Shown: positions 9,658 through 20,830, counted from the stretch's first letter. The stretch: DNA of 64,000 nucleotides from Syntrophales bacterium (GCA_963666365.2 CAXXNF010000002.1:2272001-2336000); one strand, 5' to 3'. The notes: generated by a model from the letters alone, not told the origin. Translations and numbers: made by a program.

Positions 9658-10701
9658 ATGGTGAAAATACATTTCATTCTGCTGCTGTGCCTCACGGCAC
9701 TGCTGATCCCGGGAAGATGCGTTGCGGCGGGCAATGTTGAAGACTCATGGACCTTCAGTCTGTATGTGGAAAACGACATGTTTGCCAATACTGATCAGGA
9801 TTACACCAATGGGATCAAGTTGACCTGGATCTCGCCTGATCTTACCAGTTATGCTCAGAGTGACACCCTTCCCGACTGGAGTCTGCGATGGATCAAGCGG
9901 CTTCCGTTTATTAACGAAGCAGGGCTCCAGCGGAATATTGCCCTCAGCATCGGGCAGAACATGTATACCCCTGAAGATACGGAAAACACCAACCTGATTG
10001 TGGCCGATCGCCCCTATGCGGGGTGGACTTATGGCAGCATTGCCTTTCACAGCAAAAATGAGCGTCGTCTCGACACAATTGAACTGCAGGCAGGGATGGT
10101 GGGACCGCTCTCCTTCGCCGAAGAGACACAAAAAACGTGGCATGGCCTGATAGGCGTCGCCAAACCCCGGGGCTGGGACAATCAGATCTGCAATGAGCCG
10201 GGGCTTGCCGTAATTTATGAACGAAAGTGGCGCACATTCCGCATCGAAAATAAGGACGGTCTTGGCAGTGACACAATCACCCGCCTCGGTGCAACCCTGG
10301 GAAATGTATATACCTATGGAAATTGCGGAGTGGAAACCAGGTTCGGCTGGCATATCCCCGCCGATTTCGGGACTTCCCTCATCAGGCCGGCGGGCGATAC
10401 TAACTCCCCCGTGGATCAGCGGGACACAAGACTTTCAGGAAACGCGCTCCCTTTCGGATTTTATCTTTTCGCTTCCGCCGAGGGAAGGGCTGTGGCACGA
10501 GATATCTTTCTTGACGGAAACACTTTTACCTCGAGTCACAGTGTGGATAAGAAACATTTAGTAGCTGATTTCGCCGTCGGAGCGAGCCTTGTCGCAGGAC
10601 CCGTAAAAATTTCCTATGCCCATGTATTCCGTACCAAGGAATTCGAAGCGCAACGGGACAATCACAAATTCGCCTCCATCACCATCTCCTTTACATACTG
10701 A
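9658..10701 (+). CDS. lpxR: Lipid A deacylase LpxR family outer-membrane protein
   Basis: Signal peptide, 'ENDMF..TDQDYTNG', 'GQNMYTP', 'DRPYAGW', 'RDIFLDGNTF', C-terminal aromatic residue. Confidence 0.88.
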   Translation: MVKIHFILLLCLTALLIPGRCVAAGNVEDSWTFSLYVENDMFANTDQDYTNGIKLTWISPDLTSYAQSDTLPDWSLRWIKRLPFINEAGLQRNIALSIGQNMYTPEDTENTNLIVADRPYAGWTYGSIAFHSKNERRLDTIELQAGMVGPLSFAEETQKTWHGLIGVAKPRGWDNQICNEPGLAVIYERKWRTFRIENKDGLGSDTITRLGATLGNVYTYGNCGVETRFGWHIPADFGTSLIRPAGDTNSPVDQRDTRLSGNALPFGFYLFASAEGRAVARDIFLDGNTFTSSHSVDKKHLVADFAVGASLVAGPVKISYAHVFRTKEFEAQRDNHKFASITISFTY

Positions 10702-10712
10702 CAGAAGCGAAA

Positions 10713-12194
10713 CTACTCGACGGTCCAAGTCGTCCCATCGGGACTATCCTTGAGCACAATCCCTTTTTCTTTAAGCTCGTCGCGCAGCCGATCCGCTTTT
10801 TTCCAGTCTTTCATCCGGCGAGCTTCCGACCGTCTTTCAATCAATTGCTCGATTTCTTCTCTGTCGAGCGCGCGCTTTCCCGTTTCCCTGTCACGGTCGC
10901 GCTCAAAATAGGCGGCCGGATCGTCCAGGAACAGACCCAGCACCTTTCCCACTTCCCGGAGATACCCCTTTGCCGCATTCAGGACAAAGAGAGGCTCGGC
11001 CTCCGGAAGGAACGTCTTATCCGCCATGTAGCTGTTAAGGATTCTCACCGTATCGAAGATATAGCCTATCGCACGGGCCGTGTTGAAATCATCGTCCATG
11101 GCCTCAACAAAACGCTCCGGTAGCAGGGATATTTTCTTCAGGTATTCTTCGTGTATCCCGAATATATCTTTTTCCGAAATATCCTTGTAGGCGGTATTTC
11201 GCGCCAAGGTCTCCTCGATAGTAGCCAAAGTGCCGTAAAATCGCTCCATGCCGCTCCTGGCCTCCCGCAGGGCTGCGTCTGAAAAATCGATTACGCTTTT
11301 ATAATGGCTTTGAAGGATAAATAACCGCAGGACTTCGGGGTGATACTGTGCAAGCACCTCCTTGATGGTAAAGAAATTTCCCAACGATTTTGACATTTTT
11401 TCGCTGTTGACTTTAACAAAACCGTTATGAATCCAGTATCGTGCAAATAATTTTCCCGACGCCCCTTCAGCCTGGGCGATCTCGTTTTCGTGATGGGGAA
11501 AAATCAGGTCCTCGCCCCCGCCATGAATGTCGAAGGTTTCTCCCAGATAGCGCTGGCTCATGACGGAACACTCGATATGCCACCCGGGCCGTCCCCTCCC
11601 CCATGGACTGTCCCACCATGGCTCCCCTTCTTTGCTCCCCTTCCAGAGTACAAAATCGAAGGGGTTTTTCTTTTTCACGTCCACCTCGATTCTGGCGCCC
11701 GCCATCATGTCGTCGAGCGATCTCCCCGCAAGCTTACCGTATCCCCTGAAGGCATCCACGGAATAAAATACGTCGCCGTCAACGACGTAGGCAAATCCTT
11801 CTTCGATCAACCGATCGATCATTCGGATCATACCCTTTATGTTTTCGGTTGCCCTTGGGGTTACGGTCGGCCGCGCCAATCCGAGGGCATCCATATCGTC
11901 GTTGTGTTCCCTGATGTACCGGTCGGCAATTGCAGCGATGTTGGTTCCTTCAGCGTTGGCCTTTCCAATGATCTTATCGTCTACATCGGTAAAATTTTTG
12001 ACATAGACGACATTATAGCCACGATAGCGAAGATATCGAAAAATAACGTCGAATACGATGGCCGAACGGGCATGACCGATATGACACACGTCATAGGCCG
12101 TAATGCCGCAGCAGTACATGCCCACCTTTCCTTCCTCGAGGGGAATGAATGCTTCCTTTTTCTTGGTCAGGGTATTGTATACACGCAACGTCAT
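10713..12194 (-). CDS. cysS: Cysteine--tRNA ligase
   Basis: 'MYCCGITAYDVCHIGHAR' (HIGH), 'GRPGWHIECS', 'HGGGEDLIFPHHENE', KMSKS. Confidence 0.98.
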   Translation of the reverse strand: MTLRVYNTLTKKKEAFIPLEEGKVGMYCCGITAYDVCHIGHARSAIVFDVIFRYLRYRGYNVVYVKNFTDVDDKIIGKANAEGTNIAAIADRYIREHNDDMDALGLARPTVTPRATENIKGMIRMIDRLIEEGFAYVVDGDVFYSVDAFRGYGKLAGRSLDDMMAGARIEVDVKKKNPFDFVLWKGSKEGEPWWDSPWGRGRPGWHIECSVMSQRYLGETFDIHGGGEDLIFPHHENEIAQAEGASGKLFARYWIHNGFVKVNSEKMSKSLGNFFTIKEVLAQYHPEVLRLFILQSHYKSVIDFSDAALREARSGMERFYGTLATIEETLARNTAYKDISEKDIFGIHEEYLKKISLLPERFVEAMDDDFNTARAIGYIFDTVRILNSYMADKTFLPEAEPLFVLNAAKGYLREVGKVLGLFLDDPAAYFERDRDRETGKRALDREEIEQLIERRSEARRMKDWKKADRLRDELKEKGIVLKDSPDGTTWTVE

Positions 12195-12225
12195 GACGTT
12201 CACCAGACAAATCAATATGATTTTT

Positions 12226-13263
12226 TTACGGAAAGAGCGGAACAAGACCGAGACCGGCATCCTCAGGCATCCCGCAGAGAAGATTCATGTTCTGCACTGC
12301 CTGCCCCGCAGCGCCTTTTATCAGATTGTCAATAGCTGACACCAGGATCACGCGGCCGGTACGGACATCAACGGCAATGCCGATGTCACACATGTTCGAG
12401 CCTCTCACCGACACCACATTCGGGAAGGTTCCTTCGTCATATATTCTGACAAAGGGTTCCGATTGATAGAACTCACGATAGCGTTCAATCAGATCGCCGG
12501 CCGTGAGGTTCTTCCGAAGGGTCCCGTATATAGTGCTCAATATCCCGCGGTCTATCGGAATCAGGTGAGGCGTAAAGATCATTGCTACATCGGCCCCCGC
12601 CAGATTTCCCAATTCCTGTTCTATTTCGGGCGTATGACGATGGGTTCCCACCTTATAGGCCTTGAAGCCTTCATTGACTTCGCAAAAGAGCGACGTCATC
12701 TGCAGCTCCCTCCCGGCGCCGCTTACGCCTGATTTTGAATCCGCAATTATCGAAGTCGCGTCAATAAGGCCCTCCTTCAGCAAGGGGGCCAGTCCCAGAA
12801 TAATACTGGTAGGATAGCAGCCGGGATTTGCCACAAGCCGCGCCTCTTTGACGGCGGCGCGATACAGCTCGGGAAGACCGTACACTGCCTCCGAAAGCAG
12901 GTGCGGCGAGGTATGCGTAACATACCACTTCTCGTATATCTCGACGTTCCGTATACGATAATCCGCACTCAGATCAATAACCTTTTTCCCGGCATCGAGA
13001 AAGACAGGCGCCGCGTTCATGGCCTCTCCGTGGGGGACGGCCAGAAACACCACATCACAAAGCGACGCGACAACATCAGGCGATGCATCAATATATTCAA
13101 GGTCCGTCAACTTCTTGAAATGGGGGTATATTTTAGAAAAAGCCTCTCCCTTGTACCGTCGGGAAGTTACCGCCGATACCTCGACCTCGGGGTGAAAGGT
13201 GAGCAGTCGCATCAATTCCTGCCCCGTATATCCGCTTGCTCCGTAAATTCCGACTTGTATCAC
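12226..13263 (-). CDS. argC: N-acetyl-gamma-glutamyl-phosphate reductase
   Basis: GASGYTG, 'ANPGCYPT', 'SGVSGAGR', 'IDNLIKGAAGQAVQN'. Confidence 0.98.
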   Translation of the reverse strand: MIQVGIYGASGYTGQELMRLLTFHPEVEVSAVTSRRYKGEAFSKIYPHFKKLTDLEYIDASPDVVASLCDVVFLAVPHGEAMNAAPVFLDAGKKVIDLSADYRIRNVEIYEKWYVTHTSPHLLSEAVYGLPELYRAAVKEARLVANPGCYPTSIILGLAPLLKEGLIDATSIIADSKSGVSGAGRELQMTSLFCEVNEGFKAYKVGTHRHTPEIEQELGNLAGADVAMIFTPHLIPIDRGILSTIYGTLRKNLTAGDLIERYREFYQSEPFVRIYDEGTFPNVVSVRGSNMCDIGIAVDVRTGRVILVSAIDNLIKGAAGQAVQNMNLLCGMPEDAGLGLVPLFP

Positions 13264-13277
13264 AGGCGCCCCCAATG

Positions 13278-13319
13278 AAAAACGGGGAGCAAAAGCCCCC
13301 CGCTGTTTTTGTTTTTTTG
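13278..13319. terminator. Hairpin/terminator after rpsI
   Basis: AAAAACGGGGAGC-AAAA-GCCCCCCGCTGTTTTT, GC-rich imperfect stem flanked by A and T runs. Confidence 0.55.
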
Positions 13320-13320
13320 A

Positions 13321-13713
13321 TTATCGTTTCGAATATTGGAACCGTTTGCGCGCACCAGGCTGACCGTATTTCTTACGCTCCTTGATGCGGTCATCTCTCG
13401 TGAGAAAGCCGGCCTTCTTTAACACGGCCTTCAGCTCTTCATTATATTCCACCAGCACCTTGGAGATGCCGTGTTTTACCGCACCTGCCTGCCCTGCGAT
13501 ACCGCCCCCCCGCACATTGACAAAGAAATCAAACTTATTCTGAGTCTGGGTCATATCCAGCGGTTGACGAATAAGACGCTTCAGCGTTTCCAGCCCGAAA
13601 TATTCGTCTAAACTTCTTTTATTGACGACGAATTCGCCGTTCCCTTCCGACATCCATACTCGTGCAACGGCAGTTTTCCTCTTTCCCGTCGCATAGTATC
13701 TTTTCTGAGCCAT
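13321..13713 (-). CDS. rpsI: 30S ribosomal protein S9
   Basis: '[12 protein letters not shown]', C-terminal '[10 protein letters not shown]'. Confidence 0.99.
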   Translation of the reverse strand: MAQKRYYATGKRKTAVARVWMSEGNGEFVVNKRSLDEYFGLETLKRLIRQPLDMTQTQNKFDFFVNVRGGGIAGQAGAVKHGISKVLVEYNEELKAVLKKAGFLTRDDRIKERKKYGQPGARKRFQYSKR

Positions 13714-13740
13714 AGTCGTCCTCTTTCTCCCGTCGCAATT

Positions 13741-14169
13741 TTACATTTGCAGCATTTCGGGCTGTTGAGCCTCATGCGGATGCTCACTCCCCCGGTATAT
13801 CTTGAGTTTTTTCAGCATTTGTCTTCCAAGGCTGTTTTTCGGCAACATGCCCTTCACCGCATACCGTAACAGCGATTCCGGCTCTTTTTCGAGTAACTCC
13901 CGCGCACTGGTCGTTTTCAATCCACCCGGATATCCGCTATGGCGGTAATACATCTTATCGGTAAGTTTATTGCCGGTGAGCCTGATCCTCTCGGCATTGA
14001 TCACGACAATGAAATCTCCTGTATCGACATGGGGAGTGTAGAGAGGACGATGTTTGCCTCTCAGTCGTTTTGCTATCTCACTTGCCAGCCGACCCAACAC
14101 CAGGCCGTCGGCGTTAAAGAGATACCACGCCTTTGATATGTCTTCTTTTTTTGCGCTGTATGTTTTCAT
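13741..14169 (-). CDS. rplM: 50S ribosomal protein L13
   Basis: '[22 protein letters not shown]', 'HSGYPGG'. Confidence 0.99.
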   Translation of the reverse strand: MKTYSAKKEDISKAWYLFNADGLVLGRLASEIAKRLRGKHRPLYTPHVDTGDFIVVINAERIRLTGNKLTDKMYYRHSGYPGGLKTTSARELLEKEPESLLRYAVKGMLPKNSLGRQMLKKLKIYRGSEHPHEAQQPEMLQM

Positions 14170-14204
14170 AATCCACCATAGCTGTAGTCAAAAACTGAAG
14201 GGGT

Positions 14205-14233
14205 AACCTATGAAATTAATATCCTTTTGTCAA
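14205..14233 (-). promoter_or_regulatory. sigma70 promoter of rplM-rpsI
   Basis: TTGACA-N17-TAGGTT on the minus strand. Confidence 0.7.
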
Positions 14234-14255
14234 GTGAAAAAACTCATAATCCCTT

Positions 14256-16460
14256 TTAAAGATTGTCGCGAGAACCTGCCCCCGACATTTTTTCTCCAGT
14301 ACCAAGGCCGAACAGCGAAAATACGCACAAAAATTCCTGGTCGTCATAGGAATCGCGATACTCAAAGGCAACCTGCCAGCACTGCTTTTGGTAGGTAAAT
14401 CCATAGGATGTTTCAAGCGTCCGGTTATCCAGTTTATTATCTCTTACCACATAGGAAAGAGCCACTCGTTCCGTTATCTTTGCCTTGAGATAAAGGTTCA
14501 GTTCCTCCAGTTCATCCTGGGTATAGCGGTATTCGAACACTGCGGAATCACCGCGAGAATCCAGTACAGTAACGGCACTGTTGAGCGCCTTGCATTCTCC
14601 GGCGTTCACGTCATAAATTGAATCGATATCGGCATAGCAGTACTCATTGGGCGACAGATCCATTTCCATGCCTACCTCACTGAAGGGCCGCCGCTCCTGC
14701 GCCCCGGGACCAGGGTTTCTCCTTGCCTCTATGATGTCATAGGATTGACTCAGTTTCAGATTGAGAATTTCCCGGTACGAGACAGCGCCCTGTTCATCCC
14801 TGACCCGCGCCGTCAATGTATTTGTCAGTGCACAGATTATCCGGTTTTCCTCGTCGACGGCATCGACAAAGTCTGGTCGATCAGCTGCTTCGACATTGGG
14901 AACATAGCGATAAGTGATTTCAGGCCGTATGCTGTGGCGGATCTTGTCGACCGATTGACCGCCCACGTGAAAGACGCGCTGAAGCTCCGAATCGAGGGTC
15001 GCGGCGACATGATAGATCTCTCTGCTTTTACTGTTTCCGGAGGTCAGGCCACTGGTATCCTCACTGTCCCAGACGGTCTCTCTTACCCCGATCTCAGGGG
15101 TAAAGGAAAAGTAAGAACCGACGTTCATCGGCAGCGAAAGCACCGGCGCAATGTCGAAGAGGTGTCCTCTCTGTCCAGCGGTTCTGTAATAGTAGCCGTA
15201 AAAGGATCCCATGGCGATATGAAAGGGGGTGCCGGCGAGGGGTTGTTCGATCCCTGTCAGCGTGATTTCCGGATATTTCTGGAGCGTGTCGTCATTGGAG
15301 TAACTCTGAAAATTGTCCGTATATTGGGTCCGTGCCGTCAGATTAAACAGGTTCCAATCCTTGGCGAGGCGAACCGATGACCTCAACATCGGCAACGATT
15401 TGTCTCCATAAAACGATACTCGAGAAAAACGCTTATTGGTGTCTGTGTCATAATGCCTCAGATAATAATTATGGGAATCGAAATCCTTGAAATACCAGTT
15501 GTCCGATACTTTTTTCAGGCTCGCCTTAAGATACAGGCCTGACTCGAATCGAGTTTCATGATCAAGATAGTAGGACCACCGCTTCTGTTCTCCTTCCCAG
15601 TCCCGAAAAAGCGATCCCGCTTCGTCCACTCCGACGATATCCATATGGTCGTTCAGAAAATCTGCATAGAATGTCCCAAAGGAAGATGCGCCGAGGCAGT
15701 AGCGAAACTCCACCCCTTCCTGAAATCCTCGTTTGTCCATGTATCTTTGATAAAAGGTGGCATCGGCCTCATCCGAAATGGCCCAGTAAAGGGGGATTTC
15801 CAGATCCAGACCCAGTTTGTCGCGTGAATAGGCGATTCGAGGGTAGAGCAGTCCGCTTTGTCTGGTTGTTTTTGCCGGGAATATCATGTAGGGCACGTAG
15901 AGAAGCGGCACATCCTTCACCTTGAAAAACCCCTGCGCCATCGTCCCGTATCCATCGATGACGACATTGATTCTTTCACCGGTAATTTTCCAATCGGGAT
16001 TGTCGCCGTCGCAGGTTGTCACGGTCGCCTCCTCGAGCGAATAGGTGGCATCTCCCTTTTTCTCTATCTTTTTTCCTCTCAAATAGAGGTGATTTTTCTC
16101 AATAAAGATCTTTCCATCTGAAATGATGCCGCTTTTATCAGCTACATTGAACTCGACCCTTTGCCCCTCCATACGATCGGCGCCATCTGCAATCACCACG
16201 TTTCCCTCGGCAATGGCCTCTTCTGAAATTTTACGAAGCACTACGCTGTCGGCTTTGAGATAGCCGTCCGCAAAGTATATTGTCACATTTCCCTCGGCAT
16301 CATAGGTTTCACTATCGCGGTCAAAGGATATGCTGTCGGCTTCTATTTCATAAGGACCAGCCGGTGCACCACGATCAAGGGCGCACAGGGGGAACACCGG
16401 CCAAAGAATCACCATCCACATAATTAAGAAACTGCATTTGAGCAGGCCTTTCACGGACAC
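14256..16460 (-). CDS. lptD: LPS-assembly protein LptD
   Basis: Signal peptide, OstA-like N-terminus, 'TTCD', 'RQSGLLYP', C-terminal 'QCW...F.L.GLG'. Confidence 0.9.
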   Translation of the reverse strand: MSVKGLLKCSFLIMWMVILWPVFPLCALDRGAPAGPYEIEADSISFDRDSETYDAEGNVTIYFADGYLKADSVVLRKISEEAIAEGNVVIADGADRMEGQRVEFNVADKSGIISDGKIFIEKNHLYLRGKKIEKKGDATYSLEEATVTTCDGDNPDWKITGERINVVIDGYGTMAQGFFKVKDVPLLYVPYMIFPAKTTRQSGLLYPRIAYSRDKLGLDLEIPLYWAISDEADATFYQRYMDKRGFQEGVEFRYCLGASSFGTFYADFLNDHMDIVGVDEAGSLFRDWEGEQKRWSYYLDHETRFESGLYLKASLKKVSDNWYFKDFDSHNYYLRHYDTDTNKRFSRVSFYGDKSLPMLRSSVRLAKDWNLFNLTARTQYTDNFQSYSNDDTLQKYPEITLTGIEQPLAGTPFHIAMGSFYGYYYRTAGQRGHLFDIAPVLSLPMNVGSYFSFTPEIGVRETVWDSEDTSGLTSGNSKSREIYHVAATLDSELQRVFHVGGQSVDKIRHSIRPEITYRYVPNVEAADRPDFVDAVDEENRIICALTNTLTARVRDEQGAVSYREILNLKLSQSYDIIEARRNPGPGAQERRPFSEVGMEMDLSPNEYCYADIDSIYDVNAGECKALNSAVTVLDSRGDSAVFEYRYTQDELEELNLYLKAKITERVALSYVVRDNKLDNRTLETSYGFTYQKQCWQVAFEYRDSYDDQEFLCVFSLFGLGTGEKMSGAGSRDNL

Positions 16461-16530
16461 TCTCTCCTGTGTCTATTGTGTTGTACCCAGAATGAGCATG
16501 TATCTACCATAAAAGAGGTGGTTTGAACAT

Positions 16531-17787
16531 CTAAAAGGGGAAATCGGCTTTTACCGCACCAACAAGATAAAGAGAACCGGTTACACAGACAAGATCATTT
16601 GCGCCCGCCTGCTTTACGGCGCGAAGCAGTGCCTCTCGAGGATTTTTTACTACCTCGGCAGGCACGGTACAGGTGCGTGCCAGTCGGGATAAACGCCTTG
16701 CGGGAAGACTTCGCGCCACTTCCGGTTCGGTCATGATCACCCTGTCCGCCATCCCGGCAAGCATGCGAAGCATCGTGACGTAATGCTTGTCGTTCATCAC
16801 CCCAAACACCACAATGAGCCTCTCATAGGAAAAGTCGCTGCGAAGCGCCCTGCACAGCGCCGACATGCCGGCGGGATTATGGGCGCCGTCGACAATCACC
16901 CGAGGATCGACGCTGAGCGTCTCAAGCCTTCCCTCCCATCGCGTGTCGGCAACGCCCTTCACCACCGACTCATCGGAAAGTACAAATCCTTTTTGCTGAA
17001 GCATCTCTGTGGCGGCCAGAGCCAGAGCGGCATTGTCGGCTTGATGCCGCCCCGGGAGTGGAAGCGGAAGATTCCTGAAGCACCTATGCATTCCATAGTA
17101 GGAAATTTTTCCCTCTCCCCTGTATCGGACCTTGAAATCCTTTCCTTCTCTCATAAAGGGCACCCGCTTGTATCGGGCCATCTCCTCCAGCAGGGCAATC
17201 ACCTGTTTCTGACGCACCCCGGTGATCAGGGGACACTTTTCTTTTATAATGCCCCCCTTTTCCCGCGCAATCTCCGTAAGTCGTCGTCCAAGATACTGTT
17301 GATGCTCCAGCGATATATTCGTAATAATAGATACTTCAGGATCGACGCAATTCGTTGCATCAAGCCTTCCCCCCATCCCTACTTCCGCGACGGCAACATC
17401 GACGCGACACCGTTGAAAATACAAAAAGGCCATAACCGTCGCCATTTCAAAGTACGTAATGTCTTCGCACATCGACCGTCTGACAGTATCGATGCAATCT
17501 ATCACATCCTCTTTCGGTATCAGCCGATCATCTATTCTGATGCGTTCACGGAAATCGACAAGGTGGGGCGACGTATATAAACCCACCCGGTACCCACCGG
17601 CCCTAAGGATTGAGGCAAGCATCGCGGCGACCGAGCCTTTGCCGTTGGTTCCTCCAATGTGAATGGTCGCATAGGCTCGGTGCGGATTGCCCAGACGGGT
17701 AAGCAGCCGCGAAACGGGACCGAGATCCATGTTGATCCCCTTTTTTTCCAGATCCTTCAAGAACGTTAAGGAACCCTGATAGCTCAT
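16531..17787 (-). CDS. folC: Folylpolyglutamate synthase/dihydrofolate synthase
   Basis: 'HIGGTNGKGS', 'YTSPHL', 'EVGMGGRLDATN', 'DGAHNP', 'TGSLYLVG'. Confidence 0.97.
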   Translation of the reverse strand: MSYQGSLTFLKDLEKKGINMDLGPVSRLLTRLGNPHRAYATIHIGGTNGKGSVAAMLASILRAGGYRVGLYTSPHLVDFRERIRIDDRLIPKEDVIDCIDTVRRSMCEDITYFEMATVMAFLYFQRCRVDVAVAEVGMGGRLDATNCVDPEVSIITNISLEHQQYLGRRLTEIAREKGGIIKEKCPLITGVRQKQVIALLEEMARYKRVPFMREGKDFKVRYRGEGKISYYGMHRCFRNLPLPLPGRHQADNAALALAATEMLQQKGFVLSDESVVKGVADTRWEGRLETLSVDPRVIVDGAHNPAGMSALCRALRSDFSYERLIVVFGVMNDKHYVTMLRMLAGMADRVIMTEPEVARSLPARRLSRLARTCTVPAEVVKNPREALLRAVKQAGANDLVCVTGSLYLVGAVKADFPF

Positions 17788-17811
17788 GGGCAAGGGAAAC
17801 CTTTCATCAAG

Positions 17812-17850
17812 AAAAAGCCATGGAGTCTCCCGTCCAAAGGAGCCCATGGC
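17812..17850 (-). terminator. Rho-independent terminator-like hairpin after the 86-aa gene
   Basis: Minus strand: GCCATGGGCTCC-TTTGGACG-GGAGACTCCATGGC-TTTTT. Confidence 0.55.
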
Positions 17851-17884
17851 CTTTACTTTTTACGTGGATGCCGCGATGGAGTGC

Positions 17885-18145
17885 TCAGTCGGGCAGAATT
17901 CTGAATACTTCGTCTCCGGGACGTACACGCTCGATCACTTTGACGCCGATATAATCCCCGGGCACGGCTTTTTCCACTTTTTCATTGTTAATTTCCATCG
18001 AGTCAATAATCTCTTCAAAATCCGTGGTATGGCCGCTATATTTGATCTTATCGCCCACGTGCAATTCCCCCGCTGTAATCTTGACAGCGGCGACACTCGG
18101 TTTCGCAAAAAACTTCACCACTTCGCCTATCTTTTCCTCTGCCAT
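17885..18145 (-). CDS. Small stand-alone translation-factor-like beta-barrel protein (EF-Tu domain II / U32 peptidase C-terminal-like)
   Basis: 'IGEVVKFFAKPSVAAVKI..GEL.VGD.I...GHTT.F...I.SMEI....V..A.PGD.IGVKV..RVRPGD.VF'; SD GGAGG upstream. Confidence 0.75.
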   Translation of the reverse strand: MAEEKIGEVVKFFAKPSVAAVKITAGELHVGDKIKYSGHTTDFEEIIDSMEINNEKVEKAVPGDYIGVKVIERVRPGDEVFRILPD

Positions 18146-18235
18146 ACTATCACCTCCTTGGGTCCATCATCACCCTCGATTGCCGGTCGATCTGAAACCC
18201 AATCATATAATAAGTCCTTCACACATAATGAGTTG

Positions 18236-18263
18236 ATTATAACGGCCACATCAGAAAAATCAA
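18236..18263 (-). promoter_or_regulatory. Candidate sigma70 promoter for the 86-aa gene
   Basis: TTGATT-N16-TATAAT on the minus strand. Confidence 0.5.
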
Positions 18264-18266
18264 GAA

Positions 18267-18300
18267 CAAAAAAAGGGGCAAGGTCTCCGCCTCGCCCCCC
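18267..18300 (-). terminator. Rho-independent terminator of the alpha operon
   Basis: Minus strand: GGGGCGAGG-CGGAGA-CCTTGCCCC followed by a T run. Confidence 0.8.
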
Positions 18301-18323
18301 ATGTACTGTTTCTTTTTGGTGTC

Positions 18324-18674
18324 TTACACCAGTTCAATTACCGACATCGGCGCATTATCACCCATTCTGTTTGCCATTTTTATTATTCTGGTATAGCCGC
18401 CGGCCCTGTCGTTGTAGCGGGACGATAACTCGGTAAATACCTTGTCGGCCACCGTTCTGTCGCGAATAAAAGAGAGTGCCTGCCGCCTCGCATGAAGTGT
18501 TCCGGTCTTACCCAAAGTAATCATTTTTTCGGCAACACTCCTCAATTCCTTGGCCTTGGCATCCGTTGTCGTTATTTTCTCGTATTTCAGAAGGGATGTG
18601 ACAAGATTTCTCATCATCGCCTTTCTGTGACTCGACGTTCTTCCCAGTTTTCTTCCGGCCTTTCTGTGACGCAT
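18324..18674 (-). CDS. rplQ: 50S ribosomal protein L17
   Basis: '[20 protein letters not shown]', 'GGYTRI'. Confidence 0.99.
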   Translation of the reverse strand: MRHRKAGRKLGRTSSHRKAMMRNLVTSLLKYEKITTTDAKAKELRSVAEKMITLGKTGTLHARRQALSFIRDRTVADKVFTELSSRYNDRAGGYTRIIKMANRMGDNAPMSVIELV

Positions 18675-18700
18675 GGCACTTCGTTCCTTTCTAGACGGTG

Positions 18701-19699
18701 TTACTTCTCTTCTTCGGGTTCCTTCGAAGGCGGCGGGAAATCCATTTTAACTCCCAATCCGAGGCCCATTTCACCCAGAATCTCCTTGATCTCATTGAGC
18801 GATTTTCTGCCGAAGTTTTTTGTCTTGAGCATCTCGGCTTCAGTTTTCTGGACCAATTCTCCTATATATTGAATCCCAGCATTTTTAAGGCAATTCGCCG
18901 ATCGGACAGACAGCTCCAGTTCATCGACGCTTTTAAAGAGGTTTTCGTTCACCTGTTCTTCTTCTTCAACTTCTTTGTGTTCTCCCTCTTCTTCAATTTC
19001 TTCGAAATTGATAAATACATCGAGTTGCTCTTTCAATATGCGCGCCGCATAGGCGAGCGCGTCTTCGGGGAATACGCCTCCATCAGTCCATATTTCAATG
19101 ACCAGTCTGTCATAATCAGTAATATGCCCGACACGGGCGTTCGATACCGAGTATGCCACCCTCTTTATCGGAGAAAAGGTGGCATCGATATTAATCGTTC
19201 CCTCGGGTTGATCCATCTCTTTTTCGCTTTTTGCAGGAACATAGCCCTTCCCGATCTTTACCGTCAGTTCAGCTTTCAGATTCGCTCCTTTTGAAAGCGT
19301 CGCGATGTGGTGATTTTTGTTCAACACCTCCACCGTACCGTCGGTTATGATGTCGCCTGCCGTTACGACCCCTTCCACAGAGGCATCGATATGAATAAAC
19401 TTTTGCTCCCCCTGATGCAGTTTCAGACGAACTCCCTTAAGATTCAAAACAATGCTGCTTACATCTTCTTTCACACCCGGTATGGTCGAAAATTCATGAA
19501 GGACGCCATCAAACCGCACCGATGTAATCGCTGCACCATAGATGGAAGAAAGAAGTACTCTTCGTAATGAATTGCCAAGGGTAGTGCCATAACCCTTTTC
19601 TAAAGGCTGGCAGTCAAATTCACCATAAAATTGGCTGTGAGTATCCTCATCAACTTCTATCCGTTTTGGTTTTATTAGACTGCGCCAGTTCTTTTGCAT
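18701..19699 (-). CDS. rpoA: RNA polymerase alpha subunit
   Basis: '[21 protein letters not shown]', '[11 protein letters not shown]', '[10 protein letters not shown]'. Confidence 0.99.
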   Translation of the reverse strand: MQKNWRSLIKPKRIEVDEDTHSQFYGEFDCQPLEKGYGTTLGNSLRRVLLSSIYGAAITSVRFDGVLHEFSTIPGVKEDVSSIVLNLKGVRLKLHQGEQKFIHIDASVEGVVTAGDIITDGTVEVLNKNHHIATLSKGANLKAELTVKIGKGYVPAKSEKEMDQPEGTINIDATFSPIKRVAYSVSNARVGHITDYDRLVIEIWTDGGVFPEDALAYAARILKEQLDVFINFEEIEEEGEHKEVEEEEQVNENLFKSVDELELSVRSANCLKNAGIQYIGELVQKTEAEMLKTKNFGRKSLNEIKEILGEMGLGLGVKMDFPPPSKEPEEEK

Positions 19700-19735
19700 A
19701 TTTCCAATTCCTCATAAAAGTAAGATGGTTTCCTG

Positions 19736-20368
19736 CTACTTGGAGTAAAACTCAACCACCATTTGCTCCTGAATAGGCATCGTCAGCTCGTCCCGATTGG
19801 GCATCATTTTCACCACGCCCGAAAAGGCATCCCTATCTACCTCAAGCCATTGGGGTACGCCGCGTCTCGCGACGGTATCCATCGCTTCGAGAATGCGCGT
19901 TACGTTTCGAGACTTTTCCCGAACCTGGATTTTATCGCCTATCTTAATCAGATATGAGGGTATATCTACCTTTTTGCCGTTCACCAGAAAGTGCCCGTGC
20001 CGTACAAGCTGTCGCGCATCGTCTCTCGAATTTGCGAATCCCATTCGATAGACCATATTATCGAATCTTCTTTCCAGCAGTATGAGAAGTTTCGTTCCCG
20101 TCACACCTTTTCCCCGCTCTGCCTTGACAAAATAGCCACGGAACTGCTTCTCCATCAGTCCGTACATCCGTTTCAGTTTTTGCTTTTCACGCAACTGCAC
20201 GCCGTAATCGGATTTTTTCTTCCGCACTCTCATCTGGCCATGTTCGCCGGGAGCGTATCCTCTCCGTTCAAAGGCGCACTTGTCGCTGTAACACCTGTCG
20301 CCCTTGAGAAATAACTTTATACCCTCACTTCGGCATATCCTGCATGCTGATTCAGTGTATCTTGCCAA
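19736..20368 (-). CDS. rpsD: 30S ribosomal protein S4 (TTG start)
   Basis: '[12 protein letters not shown]', 'LREKQK', 'ARQLVRHGH', 'VEFYSK'. Confidence 0.98.
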   Translation of the reverse strand: MARYTESACRICRSEGIKLFLKGDRCYSDKCAFERRGYAPGEHGQMRVRKKKSDYGVQLREKQKLKRMYGLMEKQFRGYFVKAERGKGVTGTKLLILLERRFDNMVYRMGFANSRDDARQLVRHGHFLVNGKKVDIPSYLIKIGDKIQVREKSRNVTRILEAMDTVARRGVPQWLEVDRDAFSGVVKMMPNRDELTMPIQEQMVVEFYSK

Positions 20369-20420
20369 AATATTCCTCCATAGATACCGAAAAAACAGTA
20401 TCAAAACGTAGTAGTGTATA

Positions 20421-20813
20421 TTAAACTCTTCTTCGCTTCGGTGGACGGCACCCATTATGGGGAATCGGCGTGACGTCCCGTATAAGCGTTATGGTAAGAC
20501 CGGCAGCCTGAAGTGCCCTCAGGGCGGATTCTCTACCCGCTCCCGGCCCTTTCACGTAAACCTGCACACTTCTCAGTCCGTGCACCTTTGCCTTTTTCAC
20601 CGCCTCCGTGGCCGTAAGCTGTGCGGCAAAGGGAGTGCTTTTTCGAGAACCTTTAAATCCCTGAGCCCCACCCGATGACCAGGAAATGACATTTCCACTT
20701 ACATCGGTTATGGTGACAATAGTATTATTGAAAGTCGATTGAATATGCGCAATACCTTCACTGATATTTTTCTTTTCCTTCTTTTTAACGCCCCTTCGCG
20801 ATGGTCGAGCCAT
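20421..20813 (-). CDS. rpsK: 30S ribosomal protein S11
   Basis: 'STFNNTI', '[18 protein letters not shown]'. Confidence 0.99.
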   Translation of the reverse strand: MARPSRRGVKKKEKKNISEGIAHIQSTFNNTIVTITDVSGNVISWSSGGAQGFKGSRKSTPFAAQLTATEAVKKAKVHGLRSVQVYVKGPGAGRESALRALQAAGLTITLIRDVTPIPHNGCRPPKRRRV

Positions 20814-20830
20814 TGTTCCTCCAATCTTTC

